Positions 54,090 through 64,000 of a stretch of 64,000 bases of DNA are shown one piece after another; the first letter of the stretch is position 1; each line of letters begins with the position of its first letter. The position numbers were made by a program, and so were the translations under genes. The DNA is from Rhizophagus irregularis. Lineage: Eukaryota. Location of the stretch: the NCBI RefSeq assembly GCF_026210795.1, contig NC_089435.1:1798001-1862000 (forward strand), read 5' to 3'. Below the pieces are notes generated by a model. The model was given only the letters and a program-made list of their open reading frames with translations, ran no database searches and was not told where the DNA came from.

Positions 54090-55670
54090 TATAATTTGAT
54101 ATACTTGAAATACTTCTTATTTATTTTCTGTGGAAGAATATGTAGTTTTTCTAATCTGTTTTTCATAAAGTCAATTATCGCATGAGCCTTTGTCTCCATA
54201 TGAAACAAGGTCACCATTACCAAATGATGGACCAAGGTCATAATTTCTAAGTACAGCATATTCATTTTTTACGCGACTTAAAATATAACCCTCAAAATTA
54301 TCATTATTATCAAAAGAGAATATAAAACTATCTTTAATAGTGCCATAATAATAATCAGAATTCCATTCAATTGGGTTATATCCTCTAAGAATTTCATTTA
54401 CTATCTTCACTTTAATAATTGTTATAGTACGAGTTTGGTTATCGCAGATTTCATGAAATTTTTTAATTGTAAATCCATCACGAGGTCCGAAGTAATAATT
54501 CAAATTCGTACTTATTTTTTATCACTTCTGTATTTTCTAATCTACATCAGGAAATTTTTTTATATGTAAAAAATATGCAATATTTTGTGCATGAAAAAAT
54601 TGATTTGCACACCCTGAAAATGCACATTAATTGCATATTTAATATATATAATGTATTTTTCATACAAATATATTGTAAAAAAATGGGTTAATTTTTATAT
54701 AAATTTGTACAAAGAATTATACATATAATATTGTTAATTATATTGCGTAAATTTTGAGAAATTTAACTATTTGTGCAATATTGAATACCCTGAAAATTTT
54801 GTGATGTATTGATCCATTTTGAGATTAATTCAGCATGTTGAAATGTAATGATTTTGGAATCAATTTTATTTTTAATTTATTCGAAAAATCTTCATAAGTT
54901 AAATTATGAAATTTGATAAATGGAATACATTGACGTATATTAATCTTTAAAGTTTTGAAATCTTCTTTTGAAAAATTTATAGGATCAAAAGGAAGATCTG
55001 GACTTTGAGCAAGCCCCCATCTAAGCACATGTTCCCATACTTGGATTGAGTGAGACCAAAAGTTTTTCAGGAATTGAAGAAAATTTTAGAGATTTGAATA
55101 ACTTATCTGGTTCTTTTGATGTTAAATCAGTACAGAATTTTTGAAGTTCCAAGAAAGAATCGTCTTCAAAGCTTATTTGATATATCAAATTAAAATTTTG
55201 TTCCATCCAATTTGCCTTAGTTTTAATCAAAAAGGATTGTAAATAAGTGATTAATTCTTGAAGACCAAGTTCACTTCCAGCAACCAAGATTTTAATTATA
55301 TCTGATGTATCATATTCCTCTAAAGTAATTCTCCCACTATAAATATATCTAAAATAAAAGACGTTAATTTATTATACAAATATTTTGTATTATATTTTAT
55401 TATTTCCTTTTTTACTTACCTTAAGATTATTTGAAAAATTTCAGGTAAAATATTTTGTAATTTTATATGAAACAAAGTTCCATCATTTTTCCTTTTATTA
55501 GTTGACAAAATTCTTCGTAAACAAGTAGAACGATAATGTAAGATAACCATATGAGCACGAAATATCTTTTATATAAGTGTCATTCCAACTTCAATAGTAA
55601 CATCATAATATTCTTCATCATTTAAAATTTCAAGTAAATTTTGTGATAATTTCGTTATCATTCGTGATTT
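54090..55670 (-). pseudogene. BTB-BACK-TLDc pseudogene interrupted by a MITE
   Basis: KLSQNLLEILNDEEYYDVTIEVG, WMEQNF, LELQKFC, FHEICDNQ, GYNPIEW, DSFIFSF, GPSFG. Frameshifts, deletions and an insertion at 54545-54806. Confidence 0.85.
54545..54806. mobile_element. 262-bp MITE-like insertion with TA TSD
   Basis: The paralog at ~57510 reads tctaatcta-tcgatccattttg; here tctaatcTA-CATCAGGAAATTTT...AAAATTTTGTGATG-TAttgatccattttg. Imperfect short TIRs. Confidence 0.8.
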
Positions 55671-57056
55671 AATAAATTTAAAAAAGAAATGAAAAGGATA
55701 AGGATTAGCAATTTTGCTGAATTGCTAACATTATATATAATTGCCGATGCTGCTTGTTGACCTTGTAATAGCACCAGGTGATTAAGATTATAAAATATTA
55801 TTAGTCCGAATTCTGAACGTTATTGATGGTCTTGAATTTTATAAAAAAATTTCATGTAATTTTCATCTTATTAACGAAGATATTTTATATTTGCCAAAGT
55901 TTTATCATCTATAACTGATAATGATTTGATTCATAAATTTAAATAACTTTATATAAATTCTATTTTCCAAGTTGCGCCCATTTGTGTATAAAGAAAAGGA
56001 TGAAATAAAATTTTTTTTTTTTGTTTGTTATCTTATCGGTATAAAAATTAAATAATTCTGGAAAGATAATTTGTCAAGATGCTTTATTATGCGTATTGCC
56101 ACTTTCAACGCTTAATTGCTGATAAATGGTTTATATTTTTGAGATTCGGATGTATAGTTTTTCAAAACAAAATATATGTATACCTTACGTGATATTTGTT
56201 ATAATTTTACAAATCATTTATTTCGTCCTATGAACAGTTAATGATGACCTCGAGAACATTTATTTAGTTGAATTACGACCGCTTTAGTAAAGAAAAGAAA
56301 TTTATCATTAACACGAATGATAAGAGGAACGTAGTATAAAATACGCAGTATTACCAAGAAAATAAACAACAACCTTCGAATTTGATCATCATTTTTTTTT
56401 TAAAAAGGAAAAAAAAATTTACAACGGACGTTAAAAAGTTTTTGAATTAACCGAGCGGAATTAGAGATTTTGATACACCGAATTCTGACAAGAATGGTAA
56501 ATAATATACAATATATATTTAGAGCATTCAGAATATCCATAGGAAAATTTATTCAAAAAATTATTTATGTTATCGGTTTGGCTTGCTCATAAATGAAAAA
56601 ATTCAAGGGATTTTGTGGGATTAATAAATTAGCATTCTAAGAGATAAGTAGAGCAAAAACTCGTTGTTATAAGACGATTAAAATAATTGTTACACAGCAT
56701 ACTAACAATCAAATACATTATATATATATATATATTTCAATTTAATTTAACGATTTAAATTTTATTAATGAAATATAAATAAATATGACCTATCACTGAT
56801 ACTTCACTAATCATAAAAAGAGATCTTACATTACACAACGGGTCCAAAGATCGTTCGTGACTTTTATTGATAATTTTACGGATAATGTTTATTTAGAAGA
56901 ATAAATAAAAAGTCTACTAAAAGCTAAAATTATATAAATTCCGTTATATAAACTAAGTTCCATGCGATATTACCGATTTTAAGTTGCGTTCAAAAATAAA
57001 CAAACAAACAAACAAACAAATAAATAAATACTAAAATTGACAACTGTAAATGATAT

Positions 57057-58539
57057 TTATCTTATAATTTGAAATACTTCATACTCTTCCACAAAAAAAA
57101 AAACCAGTAAATAGACCACTAGCTTCTCTGATTTTCTTTTCGTAAGCCATTTTACCGCATTTACCAACGGTTTCATTAAAAAAAGATCGACACCGAATGA
57201 TGGACCAAGACCACGATCGTTACTTACAGCATGTCTTTCATCTTTTACACGACTTAAGATATAACTTTTAATATCATCATTCTTAAAAGAGAATATAAAA
57301 CTATCTTTAGTGGTGCAATTAGAACCATCAGATTTCCATTCAGATGGATTATATCCACCAAGAATTTCTTTACTATTTTTCACTTTAATTATTGTCACAG
57401 TATGAGATTGATTATCACAGATTTCATGAAATTTTTTAGGTGAAAATCCATCATGAGATCCACGAAGTAACAATTTGAATTCGTACGTATTTTTTATCTC
57501 ATCTGTAATTTCTAATCTATCGATCCATTTTGAAATTAATTCAACATGCTGAGGTGTAATGATCTTGGAATCAGCAACTATACGAGGTATTGATAATTGG
57601 CCATTGGGATTCAAAAAATATTTTAATAAATCTTTATATAATTCTTTTGGCAAAATTGTTTTATAAGGCAACACTCTGTTTGAAAATTCTTCAGAAGTTA
57701 AATTATAGAATCTAACTAATATGTGGGATGCAATGTTGTAAACTATTTTTCAAAGTATTAAAATCTTCTTTTGTAAAATTTGTAGGATCTGACGGAAGTT
57801 CTGGATTTTGAGCAAGTCCCCAATTAAGCATATGTTGCCATACTTGAATTTCGCTCATTTGAAGATTATCACTTTGAATAAGCAAGACCAAAAGTTTTCC
57901 CGGAATTGAAGAGAAACTTGAAGATCTGAATATCTTGTTTGGCTTTTTGGTTATTAAACTAGTACAAAATTTTTGAAGTTCCAAAAAAGAATCGTTCTCA
58001 AAGCTTGTTTGATATATCAGACTAAAATTTTGTTCCATCCAATTTGTCTTAGTTTCAATCAAAAAGGATTGTGAATAAGTGATTAATTCTTGAAGACCAA
58101 GTTTACTTCCAGCAATTAGGATATCCATTATATCCGAAGTATCATATTCCTCTAAAGAAATTTCTCCGCCATAAATATATCTAAAATAAAAAGCGTAAAA
58201 TTAAATATTTTTTTTTTATAATTATGACACATCATTTTGTTAATTTAAATATTTAAAATTAATTCTTTTCTACTTAATTCTTTACCTTAAAATTATTTGA
58301 AAAATTTCAGGTGAAATATTTGGTAATTTTATATGTACCAAAGTTTCTTTATTTTCCTTTTTATTGATCGATAAAATTCTTCGTAAATAATTAGAACGAT
58401 CATGTAAGATAACCATATGAGCATGAAATATCTTTATATAAGGGTCATTACCAACTTCAATAGTAACATCATAATATTCTTCATCATTTAAAATTTCAAG
58501 TAAATTTTGTGATAACTTAGTTAAAATATTATCATTCAT
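57057..58539 (-). pseudogene. BTB-BACK-TLDc gene with a 4-bp duplication frameshift
   Basis: Exons 58539-58286 and 58180-57057. All domains are present, but attagTTAGattc near 57712-57718 shifts the frame, and there are compensating poly-T slips near the C-terminus. Confidence 0.8.
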
Positions 58540-59859
58540 GATTTAATAAATTTAAAAAAAAAATGAGAACAATTAAAAATTTTGTTGAATTATTAACCCT
58601 TATATATAATTTCCGCTACAACGTTACACGTAGCAGTCGTAGCACCGGATGATATGCTTGATAGTTTGTGTTACTCAAAATTAGTCCGAACTCTGCTGAT
58701 CTTGAATTTTATAAGAAATTTATCTCAATTAACGAAAATATATAGAGTTTCTCAACATAATTTAATTCTTTTCCTTTAAGTTAAGAAATTTCAAATAAAT
58801 ATTTAGTAATTTAATATTTGCCAAAGTTTTGTTATCATCCATAACAAATAATGGTTTAATTTATAAATTTAAATAACCCTACACAATTACTATTTTTCAA
58901 GTTGCGCTATTCTGAAGCAAAATGCTTTATTACGCGCATTACCTCTAATTGCTGATAAATAGTATATGCTATCATTCAAAATTCTGAATATATAGTAAAC
59001 TTAAATGAGATTTAAAAAATATAGTTTAATTCAAGACTTGGATGTATAGTATACTATTTCTCAAAATAATTGTAAGATCGTTTTTTCAAAAAAAAAAATA
59101 TATGTATACCCTATGAGATATTTATGATGATTTTACAAATAATTTATTTCGCTTTGGACAAGTAACGACGACTTCGAGATCATTTATTTAGTCTGCTTCA
59201 ATAAAGAAAAGAAAATTTTTCTTTCATAATCAGAAATTATTAATACGAATGATAAGAGGACATAAAAAGAACGTAATAAAATACGCACCATTACCAAAAA
59301 AATAATATAAAATATATATATCAAAAATGCAATATACTGCCTGTCCATAATAATAAGGGTCAAATTTTGTGGATTATTAACCAAAGATAAGATAGCTGTG
59401 ATTTAATGTCATAATTAGTTCAGAAATTTCTTCTGTGCCCAATTGTTTTGTTGTAAAAGCCGAGATTATTATATAATCCATAAATAAACTGATAAACTAG
59501 ATCTTTTCTAGAAGATGGTGAGAAGATCAGATTCGGGAATCAAAGGTTATTTATTTATTTCAAATTAATAGACCAACAAAAAGTCATTTATATTTGTGAA
59601 TGAGCTTTTTTTTTTTATTGATACTTTATCTCAAATATTATTTAAAGACTTTTTTTCCTCGTGGTTATCACAAAATTTAGACGAGCGAAATTAGAAATAT
59701 TGATGAATCCATCCATGATATTAAAACAAAAAAAATCTGATATGTTTAAAATGGTAATTATAGTACCGTAGTTTGGTTTGTCTATAAATACAAGAAATTC
59801 TAGTTTAATATCAAGGATTTCAGCCGTAAATAACTGGACAAGATGAATTAGCATAATGC

Positions 59860-60740
59860 GAAGTGAACCACTAGAGTCGGTAGTTGGTAACCTGGTTGAA
59901 ACTTTAGCATAATTATAAATAAGCCATTGTAGAGCAATTAATGTGCCAATCAAATAACACGAGCGCCGAGTCTTCGCCACATCCTACTAATCCTAGTAAA
60001 CCCGAGTTCTTTCGTAAGACGTAGAGAAAGTTCAAGAGTTGATTCACCTTCGGCTTTCTTTACATTATTAAGCTAGTAGCACGAGAATAAATCAATATAA
60101 CAGTTATTTACATATTGAATTATTAATCACTGCTAATATTACCTTAGAAACAAAGGTGTCTGCAAGGTGACTGACAATCGCATAAAATACACTAGCGGTG
60201 CATTCACCAAGAAAAGAAACGCCTAATTGTTCAAGTTTAATATAGTCTAGTTTTAGTTTTAGTTTTCCGCGAGAAGAATAAATAAATTCTGAATAATAAA
60301 ATTATGATTAGTATCAAATAATTATACCAGATTTCTTATTAAAACGACATTCCAATTCAAACATACCGACCATTCTTTCGCAACTAGCGAATTTCAGAGT
60401 AATTTGTCCCGATTGTTTATGCCGATGAATTTAATCAATAGTAATTATATTTTATTCTGTCTTCATCAGAGATATTAATTATTCTAATTCATTTTACGGA
60501 TTAATTCATTAATACAATCTTCACGGTCACCAAAATCACCGCCTTCAACATAATGTCTAAAAAATTCCTAGTATTACAACCACCAGTAGGACACGGATGT
60601 GGGCACTGTTCTGAAAACATTATCACATAAGCACATTTTTTAATGTCATATAAATGCAATAATTTAGCTTAATATACTTACAACCCGGTGGACATTGTCA
60701 GTTTCGTAGAAAAAAGCGAACTTTAAATACTCTGTGATCC
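59860..60740 (-). pseudogene. Degraded mitochondrial phosphate carrier (SLC25A3/Mir1-like)
   Basis: Fragments LKFASCERMV, KLEQLGVSFLGECTASVFYAIVSHLADTFVSK | intron | LNNVKKAEGEST...KELGF, MWRRLGARVI / IGTLIALQWLIYNYAKVSTRLPTT resemble phosphate-carrier motifs (AIVSHPAD, IGTLTALQWFIY). Frameshifted. Confidence 0.7.
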
Positions 60741-61145
60741 TTAAATTTTTTTTTAGATATTTATTTATCCAATTGGTTGAGATGATCAAATATAAATACA
60801 CAATTTGAATTTCAAAATAACTAAAATAACTTAAAAATAATATTCCTACGTGATAATGTAATATAATAAGGTATGTTATTAAATCGAAATAAATTATTAA
60901 AATAATAATGAAAATCGGTTGTATCATTCGAAAATGAGTTCAAAAAAAAAAAGAATACCCTCACATATCGAAATGTATAAATAAACCATTTTCAGAAAAA
61001 CTCCCATAAGATATAATAAATATGAAAAACCGAATAAAAATATTTCTTAAAATTTAATATCCCAATAAATAAATACATGGAAGTCTCCAAAAAGACTTAA
61101 ACAGAAGAAGCTTGAATGTTAAAAAATATGTAAAAATTTAAAATT

Positions 61146-62491
61146 TTATCGAATATAAATTAATCCTCTTTCCGTAAGTTTCACCATAATTGTACCTGAT
61201 GGTTTGTCAACTTTGGGAACTTCATTTTTATTAATGTTTGTATTATTATTATTATCGGAACTATTTATATCATTTCCTGGGTAAACGAAACTAGTTCCTT
61301 CGCCTTCATCATTATCATCTTGTAAATTCTTTGAATTTAATTGTTCCTCTTTACTGCTATTCTCGGTATAAACAAAGACCGTGTCATCATCTGCGTTATC
61401 CTTCAAATCATTGATTTCGGGTTGATATATGAAAGCATCATCATCGTAGCCTTTAACTGGATAAACAAAATTTTCATCATCGTCTGTAAACCCATCATGA
61501 GAATCACGAAGTAACAAAGGTGTAATGATTTTGGAATCAATATTAATTTCTTTAGTAGTCATACGAGGTTTTGATTCACCAATTGATTGATTATTAGGAT
61601 TCATAAAATATTTTAATAAATCTTCATATAATAAATCCTTTGGTAAAATTTTTCTGTATGGTAATACTTTATTCGAAAATTCTTCAGAAGATAAATTATG
61701 AAATCTGATAAGTGGGATACATTGACGCATATTATTCTTTAAAGTTTTGAAATCTTCTTTTGAAAAATTTGTAGGATCGGATGGAAGCTCTGGACTTTGA
61801 GCAAGTCCCCACTTAAGCACATGTTCCCATACTTGAATTTCGTTCATTTGAAGATTATCACTTTGAATAAGTGAGACCAAAAGTTTTTCCGGAGTTGAAG
61901 AGAAACTTGGAGATTTGAATATCTTGTTTGGCTTTTTGGTTATCAGATTAGTACAAAATTGTTGAAGTTCCAAGAAAGAATCGTTTTCGAAACTTGTTTG
62001 ATATATCAAATTAAAATTTTGTTCCATCCAACTTGCCTCAGTTTTAATCAAAAAGGATTGTAAATAAGTGATTAATTCTTGAAGACCAAGTTCACTTCCA
62101 GCAACCAAGATTTTAATTATATCTAAAGTATCATATTCCCCCAAAGAAATTCTTCCACTATAAATATATCTAGAATAAGAAGTGTAAATTTATTATACAA
62201 CTGTTTTAAGTTTAATTATTATCATCCTATGTCATACCTTAAGATTATTTGAAAAATTTCAGGTAAAATATTTGGTAATTTTATATGTACCAAAGTTCCA
62301 TCATTTTTCCTTTTATTGGTCGACAAAACTCTTCGTAAGTAAGTAGAACGATAATGTAAGAAAACCATATGAGCACGAAATATCTTTATATAAGGGTCAT
62401 TACCAACTTCAATAGTAACATCATAATATTCATCATCATTTAAAATTTCAACTAAATTTTGTGATAACTTCGTTAAAATATTATTATTCAT
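61146..62491 (-). CDS. BTB-BACK protein with TLDc replaced by an acidic tail carrying four F(V/I)Y motifs
   Basis: Exons 62491-62238 and 62169-61146, open throughout. After DSKIITP-LLLRDSHDGFT the TLDc similarity stops. Confidence 0.8.
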
Positions 62492-62798
62492 GATTTAACA
62501 AATTTAAAAAGAAATGAGAAGAATAAAAAATTTTTTTAAATTTTGTTGGATTGTTAACCTTATATATAATTGCCGCTGCAACGTTGCAACGTTACAGTCG
62601 TTACATGTATACATGTAACCATTGTAACCGGATAATAGTTTGTGGGACCATCTTACGGAGCTTACCCGGCTATATGCTTATGGTAGCACAGGTGACATAT
62701 TATGTAGGTGACAAATAGAGATCAGAGCATCTCAAAGAAATCTAAGTCGATGTCTAACTGTCATCGTCAACGTGACTGCCTCGTTCGCGTTGTTCATA

Positions 62799-62983
62799 CA
62801 CAGTGAAATTCGATATAACGTTCCATTAGTAAAATTTGTCAAAAATCCGTTATATCGAGAAATCCGTTATATCGAGGGTAAATTAATTATAGATAATGTC
62901 ATTATGTAATCCGTTCCAGACCCAATTCAGACTTTACTTATGTTCCGATATATCAAAGTTCCGATATATCGAATTTCACTGTG
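62799..62983. mobile_element. Tc1/mariner (pogo-like) MITE
   Basis: TA-CACAGTGAAATTCGATATA...TATATCGAATTTCACTGTG-TA. Confidence 0.85.
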
Positions 62984-63658
62984 TATCACCTTCCCGAGGT
63001 GTGATAAGATGATTCGTTAAAATTTACAATGAATCCAAACATTGCAGATTTTGTGAAAATATATTGAGTTTCTCAACACAATTTAACTCTTTTCCGTAAT
63101 TGAACATGGTTTAATTTATAAATTTAAATAACCTTATTTTGTAGCTCCTTTGGCATCATCTTATCGGTATAAAATAAAAATTTTAGGAAACATTAGATGA
63201 ATAAATTTTATTACGCGTATCGACATTTTTCGCAACGTCTAGTTGTTGGTAAATAGTATATGATATCATTAAAAATAAGTAAATGAGATTTAAAAAATAT
63301 AGTTTAATTCGAGATTCGGATGTATAGTATATTACTCAAAAAAAAATTTTTTTTTTAAAAAAAAAATCATAAAATATACCCTTTGATTCCCGAATTTGAT
63401 CATCTCACCATCATTTTTTTTTTTTTTTGAAGAAAAGATCTAGTTTATTGGTTTATTTATGGATTATACAATAAAAACTTCTTTCCTCATGGTTATCAAA
63501 AATATAGACGAGCGGAATTAGAAATATTAATTTCTGAATGACAAATATACTAAATATACTGTAAATTTCATAAATTTTGTTCAAAGTTTTGAAAATATTT
63601 ATAGGAAAATTTATCCAAAATTCATTTATGTTATTACTCGGTTTGGTTTGTTTATAAA

Positions 63659-63767
63659 CAGCGAAATTCGATATAATGAAACCATCTGTTCCATTAGTAA
63701 AATTTGTCAAAAATCCGTTATATCTCGAAATCCGTTATATCGAAGGATAAATTAATTATAGATTATG
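63659..63767 (+). mobile_element. Left part of a second copy of the same MITE, interrupted at 63768 by a TAGGGATG-starting (hAT-like) sequence
   Basis: cagcgaaattcgatata...gttccattagtaaaatttgtcaaaaatccgttatatc...aaattaattatagat matches 62801-62897, then switches to tagggatgtaaaattaccgtaa. Confidence 0.7.
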
Positions 63768-64000
63768 TAGGGATGTAAAATTACCGTAATTTATAAAATT
63801 TATTGTTACGTTACGGTAATTTTCTATAAGTTATGTTACATTATGTTATTGTAACATAAAATTTTTTTTTTAATCAAAATCTGAAGAAACAATAAATCCC
63901 AATAAAAAAATGATATAAATATAAATACTGTAATTCTAAGTGAACAAAAATGCGACAAGATTGCAGGAATATGTTAAAACTTGTATGATAAGATCATAAA

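Overview
This is very AT-rich, intron-containing eukaryotic DNA. Its gene families (TKL-like kinases, Sel1-repeat kinases, BTB-BACK-TLDc, F-box/LRR-like, TRP-like channel) point to an arbuscular mycorrhizal fungus (Glomeromycota, Rhizophagus-like); that assignment is an inference. The window holds a TRP-like channel gene, two multi-exon kinases, two divergently oriented Sel1-repeat kinase paralogs and a cluster of four BTB-BACK(-TLDc) genes, three of them disrupted. It also has a complete but decayed Mutator-like transposon with a 9-bp TSD, a decayed Polinton/Maverick-like integrase cassette, several MITEs and pseudogenes. The standout is a ~3.6-kb apparent minisatellite (about 16090-19700) inside the kinase starting at 14140. 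Each ~100-bp unit is a complete spliceosomal intron (GTAAG, CTAAC branch point, pyrimidine tract, AG) followed by a variable 3-nt exon. Joining all 32 three-nucleotide microexons with the flanking phase-1 exons gives a stop-free 45-exon, 601-aa ORF with an Asp/Ser-rich tail. All splice models were read by eye and have no transcript support here.
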